Positions 40,801 to 54,500 of a stretch of DNA of 64,000 nt are shown here, in pieces. The stretch is from Lytechinus pictus. Taxonomy: Eukaryota. Within the stretch, counting starts at the first letter, position 1. Each line of letters begins with the position of its first letter. The translations under genes and the position numbers were made by a program. Below the pieces are notes generated by a model. The model worked only from the letters and a program-made list of their open reading frames with translations, was not told the origin of the DNA and did no database searches. Where the stretch lies: contig NC_087258.1 of the NCBI RefSeq assembly GCF_037042905.1, forward strand, positions 19,964,001-20,028,000, read 5' to 3'.

Positions 40801-43800
40801 TAGAAATGTTCATAGGATATTCAAATATAGTCATACTCATGAATACAAATCCATAGCAAAAAAAAAGCAACACTGACGATTAAACGAGAAAACTACATGA
40901 CCCCCTCCTGTTTCCTGATTTTTTCATAGAATATAGAAGAAATGAGATTGAATATTTTTTTTCTTCTCCTATATTCACCTCTCTTTTAAAGTATAATATC
41001 AATAGTAGTAGTAGCAGTGGTAATAATAATGATAACAACAACAACAGCAATAATAATAATAACAATAATAATAATAAAATTAATGATAATAATAACAGCA
41101 ATCATAACAACAATAATAGTAATGAAAATAATGATGATGATAATAATGATAACGATAATAATAGTAATAATAATAATAACAACAACAATTATAGTAATAA
41201 TAATATTGACGAAAACCTACCTGTAAACACACATAAGCGGTGCGATCATCTTCTGAGATGCTGATATATTCTGGTTCCATGTTCTGAGAGAAGGTATTGT
41301 AGGAATCGCCAGATAGGTAGCCCTTGTACGGTGCCCTGACGCCCCACCTCTCCAATTTATCCGCCCTTAAAGACATAGAGTTAGTCAAAATAATGGAAGG
41401 AACCATATGGTTGTAGGAAGGTATACGTACTGCTGCACGTCACATCCTAGGGGCCGCGGACTTCGGGGGTGGATGGTGGAGCTTCATCCCCCCCCCCCAC
41501 ACACACACTTTTTTTTACCAAAACCGTGTAAAAAGCATAAAAAATACCATCTGGTTGTAATTTAATTGGGGGAATGGTCAGCCCTCTCCATAACTTTCAA
41601 TACCGTTCGACGGCTCGTATAATATTAATTTCAATATCTAGACCAGCCCCCCCCCCCTTGATAAATCGATAACGATTTTTTTTTTTCTCAAAATATTCAT
41701 GCTTCTACTTTTGAGTTGGAAACATGAATATGCCCTTATTGGCGCGGGGGCTTGAGCAAAACGAATGAGAAGAAAGCCGGACATATAATATGTCATATAT
41801 AATAGTGAGGAAACATAAAGTGGCGCGCCCTTTCCTCGTAGTACTAAGAGAGTTGAGAGGCTTTTGTCGAAAAATTGTGGACCGGAAGAGCATCGGAATC
41901 TCTTGACTCTGGGCAACGACACATTTTGCAATTGTTCGTCCGGTGCAAATCTTCGAATGATCTGCTGTCCCTGTCCACCAACTTTTGACAAAAGCCTCTC
42001 GGCTCTCCATTGTGATTTTGATTGCATTTTCAAAGGAATGGATGCGTTGTAGAGAGTTTCCCCGTAGTAAATGCGAAAACTCTCTAGTATTTACACATTG
42101 TTAAACTTGCGGAAATCCAAAGTCGTCACCGACGGTGTACTGCTTGCGAAGTTCTCTACTATGGAGATTGATCCTTCGGGGTTGATGAAGGTATTCTGGT
42201 CGGGTCCGCCCGCCTCCCCTTCGTTGGCCGTCATGATTACAGTGCACAGATGATTGAACTTGAGCATGTCAGGTTTGCTACCCACTACAAAATCAAAGAG
42301 AAGAGTAACTGGGTTCGGGTGGTTTATCTCTTTGTGTAACAGAAAGGCGTGCCACCCCCTCCCCTAATAGAGATAATAACTAAATAATATAAAATAAAGT
42401 AAAATGAAATACAATAACAGAACAAAATGAAAAGAAAAAAAATGATATAAAATACAAACAAAATAGAATGAACTAAAATGAAGAGAATAAATGCAATTGA
42501 ATAAAACAAACTCATTGATTGAATTTAAAGAAATGAAATAAGAAGAACAAAAGTAATGAAGGAATATGTTTATACGTGAAAAAAAAATTAAGTAATAAAT
42601 AATTTGTAAAAAAATATCACTAAAGCCTTAATTGTTTGTTTAGTCATTTCTAGATATCCACCTATGGCCGCGTTACATCCTTTATTACTTCATTTATTAT
42701 GAGAATGTGCATCATAGGCCAGCTTCAAAATCACTCAAGAAGACTGTAATGTTCATGGAGTAATCAATGTATTTCCGCACCGTAAAGACTATCGGATTCA
42801 AGAACACAGTCAATGTATTGAAAAAGCCCGCCAAATGACAATGAACAGCTGGTAGTGCTTTGTCAAAAATTGGTGAACCGGAACAGCAGGGGCCGTAACA
42901 CAAAACTTGGCGATGATCCTAGAACATTTTTCTACGATTGATTCCAATGAATACAATGTACAATCAATCGTAAAAATCAAGCGCACGATCAATTGCTAAC
43001 CTTTGTGTTACGGAACCCAGGTCATCCTAACTTTCGGAGCTGACGAAAAATTACAAAGACGTGTCGTTTGAGTGTCCGGCCTCCAGGACGAAACTGCTGG
43101 TTTTGATTCACAAAGTCCCGACAAAGACCTCCTGGTTGCTCTTTGTCACACGAGGTGCATTTGGCGATACATTTTCTAGGTTCTTGAATCCGTTCTGCGC
43201 CGCGGTACAAAAAACCCTATTCACAAAACGACAAAGTAATGCCTACCTTGGATTTGACTTGCCACTGGCCATTCCTTTGTATTAATGTTATACTTTCCTC
43301 GTACGATTAGAGTCCCATTGGCCTGCGATGTTTGTCCCTCTATGACGTATGCAATGTAATCACCACATATCTCAATATCATTCGCCGCACGACCAGCCGG
43401 CAGGGGGAACCTTTTGAGGATACGTAGATATGTTGAAAGCTGAATGATGTGGATGTATTTACCCCCTGTGACACAATAATTCCAAAAAATAAAAATGTAA
43501 GGCGAAGATTTATCTCAGAGTGACAGGCTTATTTATTTCTACGTTCTGCAAAGTAAAAACAAGTTATCATGATTGAATACAATGCTTTAAAATTGATTTC
43601 TATACGTTGAATGGCACTTGAATACTCATATTGGTTTTTTTTCTTCAAAATCATGTGTGCTAATTTCTGATTTTCCTCAATACTTTTTCAAAATCAGCTT
43701 GACATGAGGGTGAAATTCTCTTTAAGATTATACCTCTAAGAAAAATCTATGACGAAGCTAATTACCAGCAGAGTACAGAATCCTTGCATCCTCATCATAA

Positions 43801-43973
43801 GCACTCTGTTCTACTGCAGCCTTGTTGATGCCATACAGTCCATTTCCGGAGCTATCGTAGTCGTAGGGGATGTACAGCTTGGCCAGGGATTCAAGAACTT
43901 CTGCAGCCTGTACTTGAGAAAAGCAGATCAGGAGGCCACAAAAGGCTACGAGTATCTGAGTGGAAAGATGCAT
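34802..43973 (-). CDS. msp130-family protein (mesenchyme-specific cell surface glycoprotein-like; bacterial alkaline phosphatase / choice-of-anchor I-like), 10 exons, 574 aa
   Basis: Exons in transcript order: 43973-43766, 43465-43247, 42284-42095, 41365-41221, 40750-40636, 39861-39673, 39272-39207, 37560-37295, 36248-36019, 34898-34802. All introns are GT-AG with matching phases; total 1725 nt. Signal peptide plus family motifs VGSKPDM, ANEGE, NPEGSISI, EPEYI, LQENNAIAVVD, YQPDAI, TANEGD, GRLKFS, RSDNLGPECE, LDPEDL and VSGTIQVY. Confidence 0.9.
38217..38831. mobile_element. Palindromic TA-target MITE (Tc1/pogo-like) in an msp130-like intron
   Basis: TA|CCGTAAGGGCACTAGTATTCAACCCG ... CGGGTTGAATACTAGTACCCATACGG|TA; the ACTAGTATTCAACC motif is repeated internally in both arms. 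Confidence 0.8.
41000..41205. repeat. (AAT/AAC)n microsatellite
   Basis: Degenerate trinucleotide run next to the exon-4 donor. Confidence 0.9.
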
Positions 43974-44170
43974 CTTCCGGTAAGGCTGATGGTAGGAGTG
44001 GCTCGAGGAAGCGTATCGTCAGAGAATAGGCCTTACTGGTAGTAGCTGTTTTCCGGCGAATATTTAGAGATTGGAAGGGCTCAGTAGCTGCTGGGCTGGG
44101 GAAGATGAAGCCTTCTGAACTTCTTGGAGCCGATGGATCCGGTAATGTCTCGGTGGTCTGGAGCTCACAT

Positions 44171-44177
44171 ATTTATA
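44171..44177 (-). promoter_or_regulatory. Candidate TATA box of the msp130-like gene
   Basis: TATAAAT on the minus strand about 200 nt upstream of the ATG at 43973. Confidence 0.5.
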
Positions 44178-46142
44178 GAGTGAAAATCTAGACACATCGT
44201 CGGGTCCTGGACATTGCCATGTGAATGACATGGGTCCATTTGTACTGTAAATGTCTGACACGTGAAAAGCTTGCAAAAACCCCTTTTAAAATCCTTCTTC
44301 AGAATACTTAGAAGTTATTCAAGTTGGAGGGGCGACCACGTGACGAGGGATGCCGAATTTCAGACTTAAGAATCCAGGGTAGCACACGGGGAACTGACTA
44401 CTTAGCATGTGACAGACATGTCATGAAAATATACCTTTCAAATTGGCTTCAGAAAACAAAATTTGATTGTTGCCATGTGATAATCATATGGATTGACTAG
44501 CAATTTAAATCAACTAAAAAATTGTATTATCACAACAAGATGGAAGTGTAGACGACGCCACCTGCTCCCGTTCCCATGCATAACACGAAGATCAATCTCG
44601 AAATATATCGAACTTATTCAATAGTGTCCAGTGGTGAGTGATGATCAATACAGCGAAAATATTTTTGGGATACTGGGGGAAGGCTGAGTTTAGAATGTTC
44701 TTTTTAGTGAAAGTGTACAAGTTGCTTTCCTTATCCCATGTTTGGGGCCAAAATGTAAGATCTTGACGAAAAAGAAAAGACTAATAAAACTAGCAGCTGA
44801 ATGAGTTAATGATCTCTAAATGAAAAAGATCTTAATTCTGGTCCCCAATGGCGCCCCCCGGAGTGAAACGAGAGACCAGTCATTTTTGGGGAAGGGAATT
44901 GTACATTATAAGAATGGATATCACCCCTTTCTAATAGTGAAGGTTTCTAGAAACTATGCACAATCCAACTCCTGAACGTGCTATACAACATGTACAATGC
45001 ACTCTATATAAGCATAATAAGGATGTACAGTTCACTCCAAACGTGCCAAATGGATTTGTCCCTATTTCACTCCAAGAGGAATTTGATTGGGGACTAGACT
45101 ATCTCGTTTGCATTTCGGGAGTGGTTACCAATTTCTCTTTTTTTATCCCTGGAACTCAGAACGTAAAAGACTCAAGGGAAAAGACTAAATAATTAGCAAG
45201 AATGAGTGCTGCGGAAGCGTTGACACATGTTTGAACATAATTATTTAGATGAATCTACGTATCCGCCAGAAATGGCTGATCATTTTATAATACCGCGGTC
45301 AATAAGTAGAAGAAGAGGAGGAAGAGAGGAGGAGGAGGAAGAAGAATAAGGCGGAGAAAGAGACATATATAATATATACATATAGACCTATCATCATCAA
45401 TCTTGTAATATCATCACTATTCGAAGCCAATTGTTAGTTTCCTTCTTAAAAAAGAACTTCCAATTGGGGGATCTAATTCGGTAAAGTGATTTCGTTGTCA
45501 ATAAAAAATATTTTTATTTGACTTCTTTCTTCTGTTTTTCGTTCTTTTTTTATAGTTAAACTATAATCAATATGCATCTCACCACATAGCCTATACTGAA
45601 CGCTTACATTTATTTTATTAATGCGGAGCTTAAAAGAATATGGTTGAAAAACATACATTTCATTAATTGTGGTGAAAAAATACATTCTAAAATTAAAAGT
45701 TTTAGAACTACTTACTGGCGTACAGATGGGGGCATTTTTGGCCATGAACTGCCGAATCTTTTTCGAAATCAATAAAAAAATGAGTAGAAAGAACGGAAAA
45801 TGGATGAAATATACTTTGATTTTTCAATACTTATATTATGTCAAAACCTATCACAAAATTAAATGTTTGTATTTAAAAAGTCAAAAATTGTGTTCGGTCA
45901 CTTCGCCCTCTCGCAGCTTTTTAGAAGGTCTGAGCCATGTCACATACAAAACATACATATATAAAATAACAATACATGGAACAGAAACTAGAATACGGCC
46001 CGCTGAGAGCAAATAATATATTTGCGATTCCCCTCTGAAAAACAGATTTATTCAAACGAACTTCCTTAATCAGATCTATTAACTCTTTGCCCGCCACGGA
46101 GAGATCGAATAACTCCGCGCTACATTGATTTCAAAGTACAAA

Positions 46143-46640
46143 CTTATGGTTTTGCATGGACTATGCTAATTAAGCTCACAATATATTTTGATTGGTTGAA
46201 TGTAAAGTGCTAATTAAGTTTACCATAGCTTTTGATTGGTTTAATGTAAAGAAAAGTTTTGTGTGTACACATCGCTAATGTGTATGTGTGTATGAGCAAC
46301 GAACTTAATGCTCTCTGTGTATAATAAATAGAATGTGACCGGTATCCTTATGGTTTTGCATGGACTATGCTAATTAAGCTCACAATATATTTTGATTGGT
46401 TGAATGTAAAGTGCTAATTAAGTTTACCATAGCTTTTGATTGGTTTAGTGTAAAGAAAAGTTTTGTGTGTACACATCGCTAATGTGTATGTGTGTATGAG
46501 CAACGAACTTAATGCTCTGTGTGTATAATAAATAGAATGTGACCGGTATCCTTATGGTTTTGCATGGACTATGCTAATTAAGCTCACAATAGATTTTGAT
46601 TGGTTTAATGTTAAAGAAAAGTTTTGTGTGCACACAGTAC
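46143..46640 (+). repeat. 204-bp tandem repeat, about 2.4 copies, rich in TAATTA and ATTGG (reverse CCAAT) motifs
   Basis: CTTATGGTTTTGCATGGACTATGCTAATTAAGCTCAC starts at 46143, 46347 and 46551. Confidence 0.9.
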
Positions 46641-46825
46641 AATTCGATCATGGACATATTTTCTTCAATATTTTTCAATAGAACGATCATTTCTTACCCA
46701 AATTTTGACTAAACTTGCAGCATACAGGTAAGTTTTGGAAACAACAATAATTCAAATCGTATTTGCTTCTTTTCGCCATAGTTGGGCAGAATGGATGAAT
46801 ACGAATTATTGAAGTATCAATTAAG

Positions 46826-46893
46826 TATATATATATATATATATATATATAAAATCAAACAAGCCAACACTTATAATAAAAAAGAAAAACAAT

Positions 46894-46961
<68 letters not shown>
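46826..46961. repeat. (AT)n microsatellites
   Basis: Two long AT dinucleotide runs. Confidence 0.95.
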
Positions 46962-46962
<1 letters not shown>

Positions 46963-48572
46963 GGTTGAAAAACATATTTTTCATTATTTGTGGTGAAAAT
47001 ACATTCTAAACTTAAGTTAAGTTATAGAACTACTTACTGGCGTACAGATGGGGGCATTGTGGGCCATGGACCGCAGAATCTTTTTCAAAATCAAGAAGAA
47101 AGGAGAAGAAAAAAAGAAAGGAAAATGGGTGAAATATTATTAGATTTTCTCAATACTAGTATTATGTCAGAATCTATCACAAAATTAATTTTTTGTATTT
47201 AAAATTAAAAAATTGTGTTCGGTCACCTTGCTTTGAGCTTTGAGCCATGTCACATACAAAATATACATACACAAAATATACATACGCTCCTCAGTTTGGA
47301 AATCTCACTTTGATCGATAATCCCTCCTCAGTTTTAGTAAATATCAATGTGTAAATAATATTAATGGATAGAGCATCTAACTCTCTTTAAACTGATACCC
47401 TACATGATATGATTATGCTTCACATGGAGGTGCAGTGCCTTGGAATGTGGCGCAAGGTCAAAATTCAAAAGTTGCACAATTAAACAATATTAAAAGTCAC
47501 TGTTCTTTTTTCAGTGGTGATGAGTGGTTTTCTCAACGGTTTCTTTTAATTATTTTCATGCACCTTAATTTCAACATTAAAAGGGAATCAAACACACCTC
47601 TGCACAAGCAAACACATAACAAACAAACATGCATGGTGATTTCTGACCACGACTCAAACCATGTTATCTCACAGTCATAGAACCATCACTACAGAAGCAG
47701 GGGCTTGATTTGAAATGATTTCACGTTGACACAGACAAAGGAATCATGTTCTGTATTGACACTTCATGACCATTTCTACTCGTTTTGCAGCTTCTCAATT
47801 CAGACCTCATCCAACACTTTTGAATCCTGCTCTTTTCGTGATGGCATGACCATAACAAGCATGGTATCATTTTAAAGAGAAATAAATGATCTTTTGAATG
47901 ATGTAAAATATGCGTTGCGTAAAATTGGAAGTTGGGTGAAATTAATTTTTTAGAGGCTTATATACAATAACAATATGGAACAGGAACTAGAATACGGCCC
48001 ATTGAGAGCAAATAATACGTTTACGATTCCTCTCTGAAAAACAGATTTATTCAAACGAAGGTACTTCCTTAATCAGACCTATTAACTCTTTGCCCGCCAC
48101 GGAGAGATCGAATAACTCCTGCGCCACATTAATGTCAAAGTATACCGGTAAACTTATGGTTTTGCATGGACTGTGCTGATTAACCTCACATTAGCTTTTG
48201 ATTGGTTTAATGTAAAGAAAAGTTTTGTGTGTACACAGTACAATTCAACACACACATCACTAATGTGTATGAGTATATATAATGTGTATAATGTGTATGA
48301 GTAACGAACTTGTGCGTATAATAAATAAAATGTGACTTGAGTGGAATTTGGCAGTGTGCTGTATGTGAAGAAAGCCGAACAAAGTGGGCAAAGAGAAGTG
48401 ATTTTGCCTGAAGCTGCATGCACGATTCGAAACTGTTCTGCTTGCATCCACTTCCTCAAAGAAGAATAGCGTTTTGAAATTAAATCGGCATTAGGAGATA
48501 ATTACCGATTAGGCCTATCAATTTGGCTAGGTTCTCCGCTAATTCTTCAACAAATTAAAATAGTGAGTAGAC

Positions 48573-51500
48573 ATGTTCTGTCGACAGAAAACCTTGCTGT
48601 TCACCCTGGCATCGGTCACCATCTTGTCCATGTGTCCTGGTGATTGTCTCGGTGACGCTCCCTGCTGCTGTCCAACCTTCTGGACTGCATACAACGGTAG
48701 CTGTTACAGGTAAGTTTACAAGGGGTCGGGTTCTGGGGAGAAAGAACCAGGGATGTTGTCGAGGCCGGCCTCGAGACCACATTTTAGCCGGTCTTGGCCT
48801 CGGCCCTAGACACGTTTACAGAGTATATATTTAAAGGAGAAAGTTGTTTTTCCAGCGGCCTCGTGGCTCGGAGGTACCACCCTCATCTACATCCCTGATA
48901 AGAAAAAACTGACAACAGTGGCTGTCCTCAGAAGCCCACACCCTGAATGGATGATGACCCTCTAAGGAAAAAACATGGCAACAATTAGTGCATAAGTGAC
49001 AACCAAATTTGTTGTAATAAAACCAATGGGTGTTGAACAAGAAAGATAAAAAAAAAAAACCAAGGGTGAAAAGGGCTGAAATGTCCGAAGATCGAGTGAC
49101 AGCGTTTTCCACTCTTATTGAATAAGATGTTACTCATCGGCCCTATTAGAGGGTGATGTACCCCTTTTCCACCATTTTTATATGTGTACATTCAGTCCAA
49201 ATTTCCACCGTCCCACGAGGTCTGTACATTGTGAAATTTGATAGGCTCTTAAACTTTTAGATTGTTTACACGACATATTAATTAGCTGTGGTTGATAGAG
49301 AGGGAAAATGTAACACCAGGAAAAGGGAGAATTACCAGAAATTGGGGGGAGGTTATCGAGACTTAATTTGGCCTTCTTTACTTCATCTTCATTCATTAAT
49401 AAAAAAAACAATACTAAGTAAAGTCTAACCCATGGCTACTTTTGCATACAGGGCCACCTTTGGCTGAATTACATATCTCATTGGTGAATCATATCGTCAA
49501 TGATATTGCTGACCCCCCCCCCCCTCGTTAGAGTGTGTAATTCTTCATATATAAAAGACAAAAATATGCCACTGTTATGAATATCCATTTTTGGTATGTT
49601 TTTGGTGTTGCATATAACCTACTATAGTATAAGTCATTCCTCCCCAATCCAACTTTGAAAAAGCCTGGCTCATACTGGTGTGCATGTCTCGAAATAAACG
49701 ATGAGTATTTTCAAGAGCATTTTTTTTTCTTTTTGTTTTTCCTTCTCATTTTCCCAACCTTTTCTTTTTATAATCAAACTCCACAGATTGTTCAGTTACA
49801 GTATGAATTGGCATGAAGCCAAGGCACATTGTAACCAATTCTCCAGACCGTCTCTTGGCGTTGGGGACAGGAATAGCGTGGCTCATCTTGTATCCATCCA
49901 TTCCCTAGATGAGAATGATTTCGTTGTTTCTTACTTCATATCTACAGGAATCAAGGTAAATGGGGGAGGGGATTAGGCCTACTGAAGTTCTAAAAAATAA
50001 ACCCTAAACGAAAATGAGACCCCTCATTGAAATGAAGTTAATCAGGAGTGTCAAAAATTTGCTCCAAAATCTAGACAAATGACAATCTCAGAAACAATAT
50101 TTTTCACTGGTGACTGATGTGTTCCTTAATTTTACTCTGGTGAAATAATGATCGCAGCAAAAATTACATGATATTCACCACTGATCATTATTTTAAAGGA
50201 CAAGTCCACCCCCCAAAAAACGTTGATTTGAATAAAAAGAGAAAAAACCCAACAAGCATAACACTGAAAATTTCATCAAAATCGGACCTAAAATAAGAAA
50301 GTTACGACATTTTAAAGTTTCGCTTAGTTTCACAAGTAGTTATATGCACATCCTGTTCGGTATGCAAATGAGGAGACTGATGACATCATCCACTCACTAT
50401 TTCTTTTGTATTTTATTATATGAAATAACGAAATATTCTAATTTTTCTTAATTGTCAAGTGAAACAATGATTAATTCCTCCCTGAACATGTGGAACTACC
50501 ATTGCTTAATAATACATGGTTTAGTCAAGTTGGTCCTTATTGACAAATCTGTAAAAATTGAAATATTGTTTATTCCTGCCACCCCTCCATGCCAATTAAG
50601 TAGCGCATCTAATTTTGTCTGAAGGAGAGCAGCAATAGACATTTCTACTTTGATCGATGAACAGGCTTAGTCCTACAACATCGTTGGAGTAAACTAAACT
50701 AAACTAAACTAAACTAATTCAAACAATAAAGAACAAAATGAATAGTGAGTGCAGGACATCATCGACGGTCACATTTGCATGTCACCGAGTTGTACATGTC
50801 ACTATTTTGTGAAAAAATAAGCGAAAACAAAAAACAAACAAAATGAGTACCTTACTTAATAATAACAAAATGTTATCTTCTAACCTAAATTGTATTATGT
50901 TTTAAAAGGGTGGGCAAATGCCACCAGCCCCCACGGCCCCCCTCCCCCTTGCTCAGAAGAGATGCCATTAATGTTTTATTGTAGTTTATAGAGCGAGACA
51001 AAAAAAATGAAACTTTATCACTTGGCGGGTATTGCCAGGTTATCAAAGGAAATGTTTTATGATTCAACTCTAATACGGCAGGTTGACAGCAAAATACAAA
51101 TATGTTTGCGATTCCCCTCTGAAAAACAGATTTATTCAAACAAAGGTACTTCCTTAATCAGATCTATTAACTCTTTGCCCGCCTAGCTTGGACATATCGA
51201 ACAACTCATGCGCCACATTAATTTCAAAGTATACCGGTACCCTTAGGCAGTGGCGTACCGTGGGTCACGGCATTGGGGGGGGGGGGCACCAGCAAAAATT
51301 TTGAGTCACTTATATAGTGATCGCGCGAAGCGCGCTAAGTTGTCAGGTATACTGACCTAATAGAGACATTTTAAGGAAGCACTTGCAGTCATTGTAATCA
51401 TCAATAACATACACATCTCAGCAATCAAATAATGCGAGCGCGAAGCGCGAGCTGAAAATTTTTGATATTCAGACCTAAAAAAGGACTTTATAATCGAATT

Positions 51501-54500
51501 TTTGTAATCATGATACGTACCTGTCTTGCTAAACAATGCGAGCGCGAAGCCCGAGCCGGAATTTTTATATATATTGATCCCAAACAGGGAGAGGAATCTC
51601 TTAATAGTATACATATCTCACCATAGTCATGTAATGCGAGTGCCAAGCGCTTACTGATTTTGTTAGAATTACATCTGAACACATGAAGCACTTTTTGTAG
51701 TCAATGTTATCATGATTATCATACGCATCTCACTAATCAAATATTGCGAGCGCGAAGCGCGAGCTGAAAATTTAGGGTGCGTTTATCCGCCACTTTTTTA
51801 CCCTAGAATCATGATCTGAATCATGATTCAAATCATGATTCTGCAAAATCATGAGTCGAAATTGAATATAATCATGATTAGAATCACAAACATGAAACAC
51901 GAAAAAAGGGGCGTTTGGAAAGACGTTTCTGCAGAATCACGTACGAAAATGTTCGAATAAACGTTATCGTGATTACAATCATGATTCTATGTCCTCACTG
52001 TTGTCAGTTGTGTCGGGCTACTTTCGGTTTGACTCTTTCCAAGCTCAAGGCGCTCTATATGTTCATTGTATGTACATGAGTATGTACTATGCATGCATGT
52101 CTTGTCATGTTCAAGTTCTGTGTTGGTCATCGCATCGTCCACTACTTTTCATTTTTTGGTCATGTCTTCAACTTCAAGTTCTAGTAAATGAATTAACTGG
52201 ACAGACAATGATCTCAGTTGTTGTTGAGTATACAGTATCAATATTAAATTTGATCTACGCTGAAATTCACTTCTGAACACCATTTTGGATAAACTAACAA
52301 GATGAATAGAAGCATATGGACCCTATATGATATAAGTAAACAAAATGAGGTATAGACTGAATTCTGGAAGCAAAAGATTTTTCGAGAGCCGAAACACGTG
52401 CGAAAAACTTCCTCTGTCAAACTGCGCACTAGTGATGCGCACTGGATTGGCCCGAATCTGAGGAGAAACAGCATTGGAATGAAGGTCGTCTAAACGCTGA
52501 TTCTGTGATATTGTGATTCATGTTTGTGTTTTGAATCATGATTCAAATCATGATTCTGGCTTAAGGTCGCATAAACGCAGCCTAAGATAATTCAGACCTG
52601 AAGCGGGGCAGTCTGAGGCTTGTTTGTAGGAATTCACTAAGACCATACGTATTTCACTAACCAAATGATGCGAGCGCGAAGCGCGAGCTGAAAATTTTGG
52701 ATATTCAGATCAGAAAAGGGGACATTTCAAGGACTGATTTTAGGAATTCATGGAGAGCAGACATATCTCACCAATCCACTGAAGCGATCGTAATCACGGA
52801 CAGGAAATGTTTTATATTAAGACCTTAACATGGGGCAATCACTTTAAGTAGTCATGAAAAAGAAGCATATGTCACTACATAAAACAATAATATATTTGGT
52901 GTATATATATTGACTTGAAAACGGGAGGTTTTCGAACAACAGGTTTATTTCTCTTTAAACAGACAATGCGAGCACCAGGAACAATGAAGACATGGACCCT
53001 GAGCAAATTATGTTTCATAAAGTTATGATAAAAAAGTTTATGTAATATAACATAACATGATTATAATACAATATACAATTATAATGAATAATAATTTCTT
53101 CTTTGCCACTACGTTCCTCTTCCTTTCTCCCTTTTTTCTCCTTTTCCCCGTTTTTTTTTTGGTCAGCCGATTGGGGGGGGGGGGGCACGTGCCCCCCATG
53201 CCCCCCGTAGTTACGCCACTGCCCTTAGGGTTTCACATGGACTGTACCAATTAAAGGGGAAGTTCACCCTGACAAAAAGTTTATTGTAAAAATAGCAGAA
53301 AAAATATTTAAAAATATTGCCGAAGGTTTGAGAAAGATTCATCAAATAATTAAAAAGTTATTAGAATTTCAATCATTTGATTTGTGACGTCATATGCGAG
53401 CAGCATTCCTACATAGCGAATGGTAAAAAAATCAATGAAATGTCATTTTCTCAGAAAATTGAAAATGGTTTTCACTGTACCTTTTGTATATCAATAGACA
53501 AATCATTTCACACCTGATCATGAATAGAAAACAAAATTAAGTCATCAGGAACCATACAAAATTTGAAATTCATGCATTTTGTATTACATAACACATGGGG
53601 CAGCTGCTGGTTTACGACGTCACAAATCCAAAACTTTGAACTTTAATAAATTTCTTACTCTTTAACGGATTTTCCTCAAACCACCACCAATATTTTTTGA
53701 CTATTTTTATGCTATTTTTAAAACAAAGTTTTCTTTAGGGTGAACTTCCCCTTTAAGCTCACAATAGCTTTTGATTGGTTTAATGTAAAAAAAACTTTTG
53801 TGTGTACACAGTACGATTCGATGCACACATCACTATCGTGTATGAACAATGGATTTAATGCACCACGTGTAACTATTAATAGAATAATTATTGTTATTGC
53901 TATAATTATTATTATATTACTAAAAGTATTAGTACAAGGTTAAATAATAGCAGTAGAAGTAGTGGCAAGTAGTAATGGTGGTGGTGGTGGTAGTGGGATG
54001 GTAATAGTAGTAGTAGTCTTGCATACCTTCACATCAACCCCAAATCGTGAAGAAACAAAAAGGAAACAAAAAGGAAAAACATATCAGGGAACGAACAGAG
54101 GAAAAGTAAGACAGTGATATAGAAAAATAAAGATAGATAGAAAGAGAGAAAAGGAGAGAGAGAACCCCCCCCCAAACATTGAACATAACAGAAAAAAAAA
54201 ATATTTACAATGAATATGGTGTAAGTTTCTAAAACGCCCCCTTTTACGTAATTCCCTAACCTTGATAAAGTGGAACTTGACCTCATCTTGTAGTCTAAAT
54301 CATTCCATTTGCTTAAACCTATATATAGAAATAAGTTTGTTTTGGTAATGTATGACACGGGGTTTATGTGATAAAAATCTATGCCTTGTATTGACGAGAG
54401 TGTATTAAGTGATCAATGAAGAAATAAACCAATGAAGAAATGAATTTATGTACCATTTTACGAGGCCGCCATCATTTTCAAGCTTTAACCGCTCACGATG

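Larger units (their letters stand above)
45640..48330 (+). repeat. Local tandem duplication upstream of the lectin (about 45640-46650 versus 46960-48330; copy 2 has a ~680-bp insertion)
   Basis: Shared blocks GAACTACTTACTGGCGTACAGATGGGGGC (about 45705 and 47027) and ACTAGAATACGGCCC...TCTGAAAAACAGATTTATTCAAAC (about 45987 and 47986). Confidence 0.85.

Noticed and set aside
41750-43230. Recurring GTCRAAAATTG.TGRACCGGAA motif (also about 8075) as a regulatory element
   Set aside because: More likely fragments of an old dispersed repeat; the boundaries are unclear.
34802-43973. Bacterial contamination (alkaline-phosphatase-like motifs)
   Set aside because: The gene has nine spliceosomal introns containing host repeats.
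51320-52690. CRISPR-like array of the palindromic GCGAGCGCGAAGCGCGAGC motif
   Set aside because: The spacers are about 85 bp and similar to each other, the array lies inside a hAT element, the context is eukaryotic and there are no cas genes.
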